Part shown: one piece after another, positions 1 to 10,314 of the stretch
How positions within the stretch are numbered: the first letter of the stretch is position 1
How the letters are laid out: the number at the start of each line of letters is the position of its first letter
Assembly (NCBI GenBank): GCA_963662545.2
Contig: CAXXLL010000003.1
Span: 64,001 to 128,000, forward strand
Origin: Gammaproteobacteria bacterium
GTDB lineage: Bacteria > Pseudomonadota > Gammaproteobacteria > Ga0077536
Direction: 5' to 3'
DNA: 64,000 nucleotides
Made by a program: the position numbers and the translations under genes
The notes under the pieces: generated by a model
Database searches by the model: none
What the model was told of the DNA's origin: nothing
Seen by the model: only the letters and a program-made list of their open reading frames with translations

Positions 1-130
1 CGTGGCATTCCTTGAGCGACACAAAGGCCGCGTGCAGGCCCTGCCCCGCCAACCAGGTCTGCAAAGACGCGCCGTGCCATCCGGGTTCGTCCGTGAAAAT
101 AACGACGTCGGGCTTGGAGTCAGCTCGCAT
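1..130 (-). CDS. RimK-like ATP-grasp ligase of the H4MPT cluster (Orf5), N-terminal part; runs off the window
   Basis: Hand translation from ATG at 130: MRADSKPDVVIFTDEPGWHGASLQTWLAGQGLHAAFVSL. The IFTDxPGWHG start and the position directly after mch match proteobacterial Orf5. Not in the ORF track. Confidence 0.75.
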   Translation of the reverse strand, partial: MRADSKPDVVIFTDEPGWHGASLQTWLAGQGLHAAFVSLKECH

Positions 131-131
131 A

Positions 132-1115
132 TCAATCGGAAAAAGACTGCTCCAGCAAGGCTTCGTGAATTTCACCGGATTCGAAAGTATGACCCGTTTC
201 CATGCTCGTTACCGTTGCTTTGGCAGGCGAGAAGAGCATGGGATCGACTTTGTAGAAATCGTATTCGTAGTCTTTGAATACCTGCGCAAACGGTTTTCCA
301 AAATCGCGCGACGACGCGCTCGGTAGTTGCCGCGCGAGTTCTTCCGCCTTTTCATCACTGGTATTCACGTACAAGTGCACCTGCCCGCCAAAAAGGATCG
401 CATCGTTGGTTCGACCCATGGCCGTCATGAAATCGGGCGCCGGCGGCGGCAGCGGCGCGGCGGCCGACCCGTCGACGAAATCGTCCAACGGAAATTTAAG
501 TTCGTGTATCTTGTGCAAAGCGACCTCGAGTACACGCGACACGATTTGCACGCCGCCCGCGAGGCTCGTTGTCGGGGTCAGGATGACGGTGAGTTGTGCG
601 GGCGTGATACCGCAGCGTTCGACTATCTTGTCCGTGATTTCGACCGGCGGGACCTTATCGACTTCGAGAACGATCACGGTATCGCCTGGCGGCGAGCGGT
701 ACCCGAGTTCATCGAACAGGTCTTCGCGGCTACCCATGGCCCGCGCCGGTCCCGATCCGAGCGCGAAGAACGCCGATTTGCCTTCACCGTGGCTCAGACT
801 CCACCCGGCGTATTGCGACCCGAGACAGGCGATCACCGGGTGGCTGGCCGTCACGTCGACCTGCCATCGCCAGCGCTTGAAAGGCGCAGCGCCGGATATC
901 ACGACCCGTCCCAGGCCACCCATGCAGATCTCGCTGATCAAACGGCCCGCCTCGAGACCGCCCGGTACGCCGATCCCGGCGTCGACCATGCAAACGCCGT
1001 TATCCAGGTGGTTGACTTGGACGCGAAAATTGGCGGCGTTCGAAACGAGTTCGCGAACGAGTGGTTGCACGCTCTCATTCACGTTGCACGCCCCATCGAG
1101 TTCAAGCTTGGACAT
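132..1115 (-). CDS. mch: methenyl-tetrahydromethanopterin cyclohydrolase
   Basis: Motifs [53 protein letters not shown]-rich RBS before ATG 1115. Confidence 0.96.
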   Translation of the reverse strand: MSKLELDGACNVNESVQPLVRELVSNAANFRVQVNHLDNGVCMVDAGIGVPGGLEAGRLISEICMGGLGRVVISGAAPFKRWRWQVDVTASHPVIACLGSQYAGWSLSHGEGKSAFFALGSGPARAMGSREDLFDELGYRSPPGDTVIVLEVDKVPPVEITDKIVERCGITPAQLTVILTPTTSLAGGVQIVSRVLEVALHKIHELKFPLDDFVDGSAAAPLPPPAPDFMTAMGRTNDAILFGGQVHLYVNTSDEKAEELARQLPSASSRDFGKPFAQVFKDYEYDFYKVDPMLFSPAKATVTSMETGHTFESGEIHEALLEQSFSD

Positions 1116-1127
1116 CACCCTCCCCCA

Positions 1128-2342
1128 TCACACTTCTCTTATCTCTTTTTCACGCGGCACCACACCTTCGCGATAGGCGCCGACGAAGTCGCGGAAACTA
1201 TCGTAGAGCCCCACCAGGGTAGACATTAAAGCCCTGGCGGAGTCCGCACTCGCGTAAAGCGTACACAAGGGCGCGCCCGCACCGATCACGGTGCCCGCTG
1301 TCGGTTGGTCAGCGACGTAGTTCGGCCACGCGATCCTTGCGGGGATCGTCCACGACGTCTCAGCATAGAGCACAAGATGGCCGCAGGTCGTTGCGCGTGC
1401 GGGTCTACTATACAAGAGCTCACCAGTGGTACAAGCCGCCATGTGGGCGTTAAAGATCGCGCCCTTGTCGCTGTAGAGATCGAGGGTTGCCGTCGGCCGC
1501 GGATTGATATCGATCAGGGCGACACGGTCATCGGCGCGTTGGATGAAATCGATCCCGAAGCAACCGATCAACGCTAACTTTCGCGCCACCTCAGCGCCCA
1601 TTTCCTGAACCCTGTTCAGTAAACTATCGGGCGCCTCGATAAGGGTTCGAGCGCCTTCGTATCGAAATGATCGTGCAGGAACCCTACGCCATTGCAGGTG
1701 TGCAGAAATGCCGCATAGACGCGACCCCGAAGCGCCCGCGACGAATAGCCCCGATAGGCTCCGGCCGGGTAAATACTGCTGGAAATAGTAGCCCGTTCCG
1801 GGCGCATCCCGATCGTTGGCGAAGCGCACGTGAGCACCGCCCGTGTGTCCGGACGCCTTGACAAGCCAGACGTGGTCATCGTCAGCGCGATCGCTCAGGG
1901 TGAGCGGCATGCACGCTCCGTTATCTGCATTGAGACGACCGTAGATGGCTGGCATATCCGCCAAACTGGATATGACTTCAGGACCGTTCCCGTGGATTTG
2001 GCTACCACGCGCGATCGCCGCCACCACGTCCGCACGCGCTTCGAACCCGCTGCCTAATACAACGGGCATCGGCCCCGCTTCGCGTTGAAACACCCCGATG
2101 GCCTCGAGCAGAGATTTTTCGTCAAACCGGAAATCGGCGAGATCCGTCAACTGGATCACGCCATACGCCACCGCACGGGTATCGAGATCACCGAACGGGT
2201 CGATCACCCAGGGCAACCAACCCCCTGCGACGGCAGCATGAGCGAGCGCGCGCGCCGAGCGAGCGACGATCAGTACGCGCTTATCGATCGCGGGCGCGGC
2301 CGCTGCTCCAAGGTTCCGGAAATGATGGCGCCCCGGTTGCAT
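1128..2342 (-). CDS. orfY: ATP-grasp protein OrfY (methanofuran/H4MPT cluster)
   Basis: SARALA...DPFGDLDT N-terminus and ATP-grasp motifs WLVK..GG.HV, YFQQYLPG, GCFGIDF, DINPRPTAT. Lies immediately upstream of mch. Start codon uncertain. Confidence 0.8.
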   Translation of the reverse strand: MQPGRHHFRNLGAAAAPAIDKRVLIVARSARALAHAAVAGGWLPWVIDPFGDLDTRAVAYGVIQLTDLADFRFDEKSLLEAIGVFQREAGPMPVVLGSGFEARADVVAAIARGSQIHGNGPEVISSLADMPAIYGRLNADNGACMPLTLSDRADDDHVWLVKASGHTGGAHVRFANDRDAPGTGYYFQQYLPGRSLSGLFVAGASGSRLCGISAHLQWRRVPARSFRYEGARTLIEAPDSLLNRVQEMGAEVARKLALIGCFGIDFIQRADDRVALIDINPRPTATLDLYSDKGAIFNAHMAACTTGELLYSRPARATTCGHLVLYAETSWTIPARIAWPNYVADQPTAGTVIGAGAPLCTLYASADSARALMSTLVGLYDSFRDFVGAYREGVVPREKEIREV

Positions 2343-3274
2343 GGTTCGCATTTAAGAAAGGCCAGGGTGCCCGCTTCGTTGAATGCAGCGTTGAGAGCAT
2401 CGACGAGCGCGGTGGCTTTGTCATCGCTTTCGGCAAACGCGAAGCCAGTCGGTCCCCAACTGCTCTGTCCAACGCCCTTTGACCCGAATTCGTGGACACA
2501 GAACTCAAGCGCCTCGCGGACACCAGCACTGGTATAACGGCCATTCTGTGCGGCCGCGAAATAATCGCCGACGATGCCCTGTATTTCCCCGACGGACGCG
2601 CCGAATGCGTCGAAATCCCGCTCCGCCACGGCTGGCAAAAGCCCCATCAAGGTCACATGGCACAGATGCCCGGCGGTTGCCGCGTCCATGGGCTTCAAGG
2701 CGTGAAACGCCTCGATTTCTGCACGACCGCTGAGTCCTGCGCGGCCCGCATCGAGAATCAGAACGGCGCGCCATTCCTCGGGAAAATCGAGTCGGGCGAC
2801 GATGGGCGGGATGGCAGTCGCCACACCGTGTCCGCCGTCGACGACGAGGCCTCCCCGTTCGAACAGACCGAGCCCGATACCCGAACGCTTGCCCCGCCCG
2901 AGGATTTGGGCGAGCTCAGCGGCCGGCGGCTTACGCCCGAATACTCGGGCCACCGCTGTCGCCGTAGCAAGTGCCAATTGAGTACCGGATCCGAGACCCG
3001 TGTGCGGGGGAATAGCCGCGTCGACGCAGACGCGAATTTCAGGGGGGAGCCGCAAGTACTCGAGCAGGGTTTCGACGAAAGGGCGCACCCGATCACTGTA
3101 TTCGCCGACGATTTCCAAGCCGGTGTGCGGCTCGGCCCTGATGATCGTCGTCAAGGGTCGAACCGATAATCCGATACCCCCGAATCGCCGGCCGAGCGTA
3201 CCGCCCAGATCCAGGAAACCAAGATGCAGTCGCGCGGGTGCTTCGATTCGCACGGTTGTTCGGGCTGAAGTCAC
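2270..3274 (-). CDS. mptG: beta-ribofuranosylaminobenzene 5'-phosphate synthase (GHMP kinase fold)
   Basis: APARLHLGFLDL, PPHTGLGSGTQLALA, GRGKRSGIG, GQSSWGPTGF. Confidence 0.93.
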   Translation of the reverse strand: MTSARTTVRIEAPARLHLGFLDLGGTLGRRFGGIGLSVRPLTTIIRAEPHTGLEIVGEYSDRVRPFVETLLEYLRLPPEIRVCVDAAIPPHTGLGSGTQLALATATAVARVFGRKPPAAELAQILGRGKRSGIGLGLFERGGLVVDGGHGVATAIPPIVARLDFPEEWRAVLILDAGRAGLSGRAEIEAFHALKPMDAATAGHLCHVTLMGLLPAVAERDFDAFGASVGEIQGIVGDYFAAAQNGRYTSAGVREALEFCVHEFGSKGVGQSSWGPTGFAFAESDDKATALVDALNAAFNEAGTLAFLKCEPCNRGAIISGTLEQRPRPRSISAY

Positions 3275-3468
3275 AACTCAAGTTCAGGATCGGAATTGCC
3301 GCGAAGCATTATAGTGCGCTCAGCGCAATGGGACTACGGGTGCGCTCTTTATAGAGCAGATATGGCGACTGTGGTAACGTACTCGAAGTAGAAAATCCAT
3401 GGTGGTTGCGAGCATGGATTTCGCTGTTAGCAATAATGTGAATCCTGCCTTTGGCAGAGAGCGAAGTC

Positions 3469-4743
3469 ATGCCACCGAGACCCGCGTTCAACCGCAAATC
3501 TGAGACCACTGCGGCCGTCGCCGCCGTTTGCCCGTTCTGTTCGTTGCTATGCGACGATCTCGAGTTGCGGCAAACCGACGATCGAAGCTTCAAGATCACA
3601 CGCAATGGCTGCGCGCGTGCGCGCGCCGATTTCGCGCGTGCGCCCATCGTCTCCGAGCCGCTGGTCGGCGGCCAAAGCACCTCCCTCGAAAATGCGGTCG
3701 TTGCCGCTGCCCGCCTGCTAAAGCGCAGCGAGCAGCCCCTGATCGCGGGCCTCGCGACAGACGTCGACGGCATACGCGCCGCGGTCGACCTCGCCGAGCG
3801 ATGCGGCGGTATTTTGGACCATGTTCACGGTGATGTCATGAACGCCACGACCTCGGTTTTGCAGTCGCGCGGGTGGTATGCGACGACGCTTTCCGAATTG
3901 CGCAATCGCGCCGATTTCGTATTACTCGCCGGCGTCGATCTGAACGAACGCTATGAAAACCTGTCACGCCGGTGCCTGCGACCGGCAGCGAGCCTCCACC
4001 CGAAAAACCTCCGCAAGCGCCGAGTCGTATATCTGGGCGGCGCGGCGTCTGCGCCACGCGATGAATCCACCGAATGCATATCGTGTCGGGCTGAATCAAT
4101 GGCGGAAACCCTGCAAGCTTTATTGGCGACATTGAAAGGCGCGCGTCTGACCGCACGATCGATCGGCGGCGTATCGCGCAAAACACTCGGCCGGCTCGCT
4201 GACTCCATGAACGCGGCCGCCTACGCAGTCATCGTCTTTGCGCCGGCATCGCTGGGCGTTCATCGCGAGTCTGCGATAGCGGCGATCTGCGACATCGCCG
4301 ACGAACTGAACCGCGAAGGGCGCGGCGCCATCCTGAGCCTCAGTGGTGATGACGGTGGCCAGACGGCCGTGAGCACCTGTACGTGGATGACCGGCTATCC
4401 CTTACGCGTGTCCTTTGGAAAGACCCTTCACTATGACCCGGTGGCAAACAGCACAAACAAACTGATGGACTCGGGCGCGGTCGACGGTCTCGTCTGGGTC
4501 GACGCCTTTGGCCGCCATCCGGATCCGCCGGCCGGCAACGCGGCGACCGTCATCCTGAGCAGCGTGAAGACAGCGGCGGCGCAAACGGCCGCGGTTTATA
4601 TCCCGGTCGGTACCCCGGGCGTCGATCATTTCTCCCGTCTGCTGCGAACCGATTCGGTGGTGTCGCTCCCCCTGCCGGGGTTACGGCACGCAGGGCTGCC
4701 CGACGTCGCCGCCGTTCTCACTGCGATCACGAGCAGGCTTTGA
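3469..4743 (+). CDS. fhcB: formyltransferase/hydrolase complex subunit B (FwdB-like)
   Basis: CPFCSLLCDDL, GLATDVDG, TTLSELRNRAD, IPVGTPGVDH, RTDSVVSLPL. First gene of fhcBADC. Start 3451 or 3469. Confidence 0.88.
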   Translation: MPPRPAFNRKSETTAAVAAVCPFCSLLCDDLELRQTDDRSFKITRNGCARARADFARAPIVSEPLVGGQSTSLENAVVAAARLLKRSEQPLIAGLATDVDGIRAAVDLAERCGGILDHVHGDVMNATTSVLQSRGWYATTLSELRNRADFVLLAGVDLNERYENLSRRCLRPAASLHPKNLRKRRVVYLGGAASAPRDESTECISCRAESMAETLQALLATLKGARLTARSIGGVSRKTLGRLADSMNAAAYAVIVFAPASLGVHRESAIAAICDIADELNREGRGAILSLSGDDGGQTAVSTCTWMTGYPLRVSFGKTLHYDPVANSTNKLMDSGAVDGLVWVDAFGRHPDPPAGNAATVILSSVKTAAAQTAAVYIPVGTPGVDHFSRLLRTDSVVSLPLPGLRHAGLPDVAAVLTAITSRL

Positions 4744-4756
4744 GGAGACCACGCTG

Positions 4757-6421
4757 ATGCTGACACGGCTGCAAGGCGGTCGCATTGTCGACCCGATGAA
4801 TGGCATCGACGGGGAGGTCAGGGATCTCTATATCCGGGGCGGCCGGATCGTTGCGGCGCCTGCGGATCCGCGCGAAGCAGACAATGTGATCGACGTCTCC
4901 GGGCGCGTCGTGATGGCGGGCGCGATCGATTTACACACCCACATCGGCGGCGGCAAGGTCAATATCGCGCGCATGATGCTGCCCGAAGATCATGCCCGCG
5001 ACCCGGTCGCCGCCCGACGCCACCCGCATGCCGGCTGCGGACATGCGGCACCGGCCACGCGAACGGCCGGCTATCGTTACGCTGAGATGGGCTACGTCGC
5101 ATGCTTTGAGCCTGCGATGCTAGCGCTGAACGCACGGCAGGCCCATATGGAAATGGCCGATACCCCGATGATCGACAAGGGCGGCTACGTGCTCTTGGGT
5201 AACGATGACTTTTTCCTGCGCGCTTTGAAGCAGAAGCGCGACCCGAAGTTCATCCGCGACTACGTCGCCTGGACACTGTGCGCAGCACAGGCCCTGGCGA
5301 TCAAAGTGGTCAACCCCGGCGGCATCAACGCCTTCAAGTACAATCAGCGCAAGCTCGACCTGGACGAGGCCAATTCGGCTTACGGGGTGACACCACGGCA
5401 GATCCTGCTCTCGCTGTCCGCGGCCGTGAGCGACCTCGGCCTGCCCCATCCGCTGCACATTCATGGCTGCAATCTCGGCGTGCCCGGCAACCTGGCGACG
5501 ACCCTCGATACCATCCGCGCGCTCGACGGGCTGCGTGTCCACCTGACCCATATTCAATTCCACAGCTACGGCACCGAAGGCGACCATCAGTTTTCTTCGG
5601 GTGCAGCGCAGATTGCCGAAGCGGTGAATGCCAGGCCCGACATTTCACTCGATGTCGGACAAGTCATGTTCGGGCAAACAGTGACGGAATCCGGCGACAC
5701 CATGCGGCAGTTTGCCGGCAGCGCCTACGCCGATCCGAAGAAATGGGTCGGCATGGACATCGAATGCGACGCCGGCTGCGGTGTGGTGCCTTTCCGCTAC
5801 AAAAATCGTAATTTCGTCAATGCCTTACAGTGGGCCATCGGCCTGGAGTTGTTCCTGCTGGTCGACGACCCCTGGCGCATCTTCCTGACCACCGATCACC
5901 CCAATGGCGCGCCCTTTACCAGCTACCCGCACCTCATCCGCCTGCTGATGGATCGCAGCTTTCGCAACGACATGCTGGCGACTATTAATCCGGAGGCGGC
6001 CGCAGCAAGCCATCTCGGTGCCCTCGATCGCGAATACAGCCTCTACGAGATCGCGATCATGACGCGGGCGGCGCCTGCGCGATCGCTCGGACTCGACGGA
6101 TTCGGGTCGCTCGGCGTCGGCGCGCGAGCCCACGTGACCGTGTACGAGGATCACGAGAACCGCGAGACCATGTTCGCCAGGCCGGAAACCGTCCTCAAGG
6201 ACGGCAAACTCATCGTGCGCGACGGCCGCGTCGTGGAGGAAGTCTCCGGTGCGACGCATGTCGTCCACCCGGAGTACGACCCCGGCATTGAAACCGAGTT
6301 GTCACGCTACTTCGACCGCTTCATGACGATAAAAAAGGATAACGTCCGCATAGCCGACGACGAGATCCGCGATGGCGGACGCGGCGAACTGGTGGTGCAT
6401 GCAACGGCAGCAAGCACGTGA
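4757..6421 (+). CDS. fhcA: formyltransferase/hydrolase complex subunit A (amidohydrolase, FwdA-like)
   Basis: IDLHTHIGGGKVN, HIHGCNLGVPGN, HLTHIQFHSYG, LTTDHPNGAPF. Confidence 0.95.
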   Translation: MLTRLQGGRIVDPMNGIDGEVRDLYIRGGRIVAAPADPREADNVIDVSGRVVMAGAIDLHTHIGGGKVNIARMMLPEDHARDPVAARRHPHAGCGHAAPATRTAGYRYAEMGYVACFEPAMLALNARQAHMEMADTPMIDKGGYVLLGNDDFFLRALKQKRDPKFIRDYVAWTLCAAQALAIKVVNPGGINAFKYNQRKLDLDEANSAYGVTPRQILLSLSAAVSDLGLPHPLHIHGCNLGVPGNLATTLDTIRALDGLRVHLTHIQFHSYGTEGDHQFSSGAAQIAEAVNARPDISLDVGQVMFGQTVTESGDTMRQFAGSAYADPKKWVGMDIECDAGCGVVPFRYKNRNFVNALQWAIGLELFLLVDDPWRIFLTTDHPNGAPFTSYPHLIRLLMDRSFRNDMLATINPEAAAASHLGALDREYSLYEIAIMTRAAPARSLGLDGFGSLGVGARAHVTVYEDHENRETMFARPETVLKDGKLIVRDGRVVEEVSGATHVVHPEYDPGIETELSRYFDRFMTIKKDNVRIADDEIRDGGRGELVVHATAAST

Positions 6422-7311
6422 AGATCAATGGCGTGCTGATCGACAACACCTTTGCGGAAGCGTTTCCGATGAAGGCGACGCGCTTGATCATCACAGCGAT
6501 GAATGACACCTGGGCGAATCATGCCGCGCAGGCCTTGACCGGCTTCGCGACCTCTGTCATCGCCTGCGGTTGCGAGGCGGGTATCGAACGCCCGCTGACG
6601 CCCAGCGAAACACCGGACGGCCGCCCGGGCGTCGCGGTGCTCTTGTTCACCATGAGCAAGAAGGAACTCGGCAAGCAGATTCAAAATCGCGTGGGACAAT
6701 GTGTATTGACGTCCCCGACGAGCGCCTGTTTTGCAGGATTCGATGAAGGCGAACCCATTGATCTCGGCAAGCAGTTGAGATTTTTCGGCGACGGCTACCA
6801 GATCTCCAAAAAGCTCGGTACGCGACGCTACTGGCGAATACCGGTCATGGATGGCGAGTTTCTGTGCGAGGAAATGACCCGTTTCACCAAAGGCATTGGC
6901 GGCGGCAATTTCCTCATGCTCGCGCGTGACCAGGCCGCCGCCCTGGCCGCATCCGAGCGGGCCGTAGCGGCGATGCAGAAAATACGCGGGGTCATCATGC
7001 CCTTCCCCGGCGGCGTGGTGCGTTCGGGCTCGAAAGTCGGGTCGAAGTACAAGGCGCTGCTGGCGTCGACGAATCATCCCTTCTGCCCCACCCTGAGAGG
7101 CGCCGTCAGCAGCGCATTGACGCCGGATATCGGCGCCGTGCTCGAGATCGTCATCGACGGGCTCGACGTGGCGTCGATCGAGGAAGCAACCCGGGTCGGT
7201 ATCCGCGCCGCATGCCGTGGCCGCGGGCACGGTCTGATCCGCATCAGCGCGGGCAATTACGGGGGCAGCCTCGGGCCCTATCATTTCCACTTGCGAAAGA
7301 TCCTGCGATGA
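6418..7311 (+). CDS. fhcD: formylmethanofuran:H4MPT formyltransferase
   Basis: FAEAF, GFATSVIACGCEAGIE, TPDGRPG, PFPGGVVRSGSKVGSKY, ISAGNYGG. Overlaps the fhcA stop. Confidence 0.96.
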   Translation: MKINGVLIDNTFAEAFPMKATRLIITAMNDTWANHAAQALTGFATSVIACGCEAGIERPLTPSETPDGRPGVAVLLFTMSKKELGKQIQNRVGQCVLTSPTSACFAGFDEGEPIDLGKQLRFFGDGYQISKKLGTRRYWRIPVMDGEFLCEEMTRFTKGIGGGNFLMLARDQAAALAASERAVAAMQKIRGVIMPFPGGVVRSGSKVGSKYKALLASTNHPFCPTLRGAVSSALTPDIGAVLEIVIDGLDVASIEEATRVGIRAACRGRGHGLIRISAGNYGGSLGPYHFHLRKILR

Positions 7312-8129
7312 GCGCACTGATCTTCGAGTTGCTCGACCCACCGGGGCGCAGTCTCGACCTCGCGGGCTTGAATCCCGCCAGCCTCGCCGGAAAATCGCTC
7401 GATGCAATCCGCCGGCTGCGCCTCCCGTATGGCCGCCGGCGGAAAGCACTGGGTGATCTTTTCAAGGTATCGGGGGACGCATCTTCCGAACTCAGCATCC
7501 TCGGCGTCAACCGGCACTGCCACCAGATCGGCCGGGGCATGGCTGACGGCATACTCGTCGTCCGCGGCCATGCCGGCGACGGTCTCGGGCGCGAAATGAG
7601 CGGCGGTCAGATACGTGCGAAAGGCAACGCCGGCGACGGCGTCGGCGCCGGCATGACGGGCGGTAGCATCACACTCACCGGATCTGTCGGCGACCGCGCG
7701 GGTGGTCTCGTTCCCGGTGCGACCCGCGGCATGAACGAAGGCATGATCCGGATTGGAAAATCTGCCGGCGCGAGGACGGGTGAACGCATGCGGCGGGGCT
7801 TTATTGTCATTGCGGGCGATGCGGGAGCGCACACCGGCGAGCGTATGATCGCCGGCACCATCGTCGTACTCGGCCAGTGCGGTGTCCACCCTGGTATTGG
7901 CATGCGCCGCGGCACGCTGCTGCTCGCCAAAGCGCCCACCTCGATGACACCGACGTTCAACGACTGCGGTGAATTCGAACTCGCGATCATCGCGATCCTA
8001 AAGAACTACATCGCCTCTCATGACCGCCGTCTAAAGCGCAGGCTCGAAATCTTCACCCGTGCGCGCCGCTGGTGCGGTGACATGTCATACGGCGGCAAGG
8101 GCGAAATCTTCATTGCGAGCGAGAACTGA
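7308..8129 (+). CDS. fhcC: formyltransferase/hydrolase complex subunit C (GXGXG beta-helix)
   Basis: Repeated G..M.GG.I motifs, GERMRRG, GIGMRRGTL, GKGEI. ATG 7308 overlaps the fhcD TGA. Confidence 0.93.
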   Translation: MSALIFELLDPPGRSLDLAGLNPASLAGKSLDAIRRLRLPYGRRRKALGDLFKVSGDASSELSILGVNRHCHQIGRGMADGILVVRGHAGDGLGREMSGGQIRAKGNAGDGVGAGMTGGSITLTGSVGDRAGGLVPGATRGMNEGMIRIGKSAGARTGERMRRGFIVIAGDAGAHTGERMIAGTIVVLGQCGVHPGIGMRRGTLLLAKAPTSMTPTFNDCGEFELAIIAILKNYIASHDRRLKRRLEIFTRARRWCGDMSYGGKGEIFIASEN

Positions 8130-8139
8130 GAGCGGATCC

Positions 8140-9804
8140 ATGCCCACCAAGCGCATTGACAGAAAAGGAAGGTTTCGCGGACGCGCGCTCGACGACGAGG
8201 CCGTCGCGCAGGTCGTGGGCCTCGTCGGCCAGGGTCCGTACCGACGCGATTTACTGATCGAATACCTGCATCTCATTCAAGACGTGCACGGCTGCCTGAG
8301 CGCCGAACACCTCGTGGCCTTGGCGCATTGTCTGCGATTGTCGACCACGGAGGTTTACGAAGTCGCCACTTTTTATCATCATTTCGATGTCGTCACCGCG
8401 GATGAGAAACGCCCGCCGGATCTGACCGTCCGGGTGTGCGATTCGATCACCTGCGAGATGTTCGGCGCGAGTGCGCTCTTCGATGAACTCGATGAGATTT
8501 TCGGTGAGAAGGTACGGGTGCAACGCGTGCCCTGCGTGGGCCGCTGTCACGGCGCACCCGTCGCGGTTGTCGGTCAGAACGCGATCGAACGCGCCGACAC
8601 CGCGAGCCTGATCGAACGGGTCGAACAGTGTGCGACGGCACCGCAGCCGACCTCGCATATCCCGTTCGACGAATACTGCAATGTCGGTGGATACGAGCTG
8701 TTGAAAAAATGCGTAAGGGGTGAAATCCAACGCGAGGCGGTCATCGACATCCTGGCCGATTCCGGCCTGCGAGGACTGGGCGGCGCCGGATTTCCGGCCG
8801 GCCGGAAATGGAGCATCCTGCGCGGCCAGCCGGCGCCCCGGCTGATCGCGGTCAACATCGACGAAGGCGAGCCGGGAACATTCAAGGATCGCTACTACCT
8901 CGAACGCGATCCGCACCGGTTCCTCGAGGGCTTGCTGATCGCCGCGTGGGCGATCGAAGCCGAGGGCTGCTATATCTACCTGCGAGATGAATATGCCGCG
9001 TGCCGCCGCATGCTCGTGGACGAACTCACACGCCTCGCCGCCGATCCGCCGGCGCCGCTCCCCGTCATGGAACTTCGCCGCGGTGCAGGCGCTTATATCT
9101 GTGGTGAAGAGTCAGCCATGATCGAATCGATCGAAGGTAAACGCGGCATGCCCCGGCTGCGCCCGCCTTACGTCGCCGAAGTCGGGCTGTTCGGGCGGCC
9201 GACGCTCGAACACAATATGGAAACCCTCTACTGGGTCCGCGATATCGTGGAAAAAGGGGCCGCATGGTTCAGCTCGCACGGCCGTCGCGAACGCTCGGGC
9301 TTGCGGGCATTCTCCGTCAGCGGCCGCGTCAACAACCCCGGTGTGCATCTGGCACCGGCGGGGATCTCGGTCAGCGAACTGATCGATGAATATTGCGGCG
9401 GCATGCTGGACGGCCATGCCTTCTACGGCTACTTCCCGGGCGGCGCGTCGGGCGGGATCCTCCCCGCCAGTCTCGGCGACCTGCCCCTCGATTTCGACAC
9501 GCTGCAGGAATACGGGTGCTTCATCGGCTCGGCAGCCATTATCATTTTGTCGGATCAGGACAATGCGCGGAGCGCGGCGCTCAATGCCATGCGGTTCTTC
9601 GAGCACGAATCCTGCGGTCAATGTACCCCGTGCCGGGTCGGCACTGCGAAGGCCGCGACGCTGATGGAGCGGCCCGCCTGGGATGCCCCGCTGCTCGAAG
9701 ATTTGGCGCGGGCCATGGAGGACGCATCGATCTGCGGCCTCGGGCAGGCGGCGCCGAATCCGCTGCGATGTGCAATAAAATACTTTCCGCAGGAATTCGA
9801 GTGA
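8140..9804 (+). CDS. fdh1B: NAD-dependent formate dehydrogenase beta subunit (NuoE/NuoF fusion; Fdh1B type)
   Basis: EVATFYHHF, VCDSITC, PCVGRC, LRGLGGAGFPAGRKW, NIDEGEPGTFKDR, GAGAYICGEESA, ESCGQCTPCRVG, ICGLGQAAPNP. Confidence 0.9.
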   Translation: MPTKRIDRKGRFRGRALDDEAVAQVVGLVGQGPYRRDLLIEYLHLIQDVHGCLSAEHLVALAHCLRLSTTEVYEVATFYHHFDVVTADEKRPPDLTVRVCDSITCEMFGASALFDELDEIFGEKVRVQRVPCVGRCHGAPVAVVGQNAIERADTASLIERVEQCATAPQPTSHIPFDEYCNVGGYELLKKCVRGEIQREAVIDILADSGLRGLGGAGFPAGRKWSILRGQPAPRLIAVNIDEGEPGTFKDRYYLERDPHRFLEGLLIAAWAIEAEGCYIYLRDEYAACRRMLVDELTRLAADPPAPLPVMELRRGAGAYICGEESAMIESIEGKRGMPRLRPPYVAEVGLFGRPTLEHNMETLYWVRDIVEKGAAWFSSHGRRERSGLRAFSVSGRVNNPGVHLAPAGISVSELIDEYCGGMLDGHAFYGYFPGGASGGILPASLGDLPLDFDTLQEYGCFIGSAAIIILSDQDNARSAALNAMRFFEHESCGQCTPCRVGTAKAATLMERPAWDAPLLEDLARAMEDASICGLGQAAPNPLRCAIKYFPQEFE

Positions 9805-9866
9805 GATGGATGCAAAGATCGCCGAAGGTACCGTGATCCGCTTCAAGCTCGATGGGCGCGAGGTCG
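9748..9866 (+). repeat. direct repeat copy 1 (fdh1B 3' end + fdh1A 5' start); copy 2 at 10747-10865
   Basis: 119-bp segments 999 bp apart, with about 12 mismatches by manual alignment. Confidence 0.92.
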
Positions 9867-9870
9867 CTTC
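9806..9870 (+). pseudogene. aborted duplicate of the fdh1A N-terminus
   Basis: MDAKIAEGTVIRFKLDGREV versus MDAKTADRTVIRFKLDGREV at 10805; homology decays after about 20 codons. Confidence 0.88.
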
Positions 9871-10014
9871 TCGCAATGCCGAGCCCCGCTACGCCGCCGC
9901 CCGAGGTATCGTTCTGTCGTCACACCGCGAACCGGGCCGCTTCTCAGCGTCGACGCGCGCGCTCGAAGCCCGTCGCAGCATCTCGAAAAACCCGCTTTGA
10001 ATGATCGTTGTCTA

Positions 10015-10314
10015 TCAATGGTAATCCTCTTCGCGCTGATGGCGAATCGCGAGTATCGTCACAGTGGATGGATCTTCGATCTCGAACAAGACCACGTACC
10101 CTGCCGATCCGAAAGGGATCAGGAGTTCACGCAGGAATGGATTGGTGTCATCCGCCTTGCGGCAGCTAAACGGAAAATCCTGCAGGAATTCGACGGCTTT
10201 GGCTATCGCATCACGAGCCCTCCTGGCTGCTTGAAGGTCCCTCTCAAGCAGGTATTCGTAAAGACGGAACAGATCCTCCCGTGCTACCCGGGTATAACGG
10301 ATCCGATAGCTCAA
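10015..10314 (-). CDS. RelE/ParE family type II toxin
   Basis: 99 aa; YRIRYT..AREDL.RL, FPFSCRKA, RELLIPFGSAGYVVLFEI, ILAIRHQRE. Confidence 0.88.
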   Translation of the reverse strand: MSYRIRYTRVAREDLFRLYEYLLERDLQAARRARDAIAKAVEFLQDFPFSCRKADDTNPFLRELLIPFGSAGYVVLFEIEDPSTVTILAIRHQREEDYH

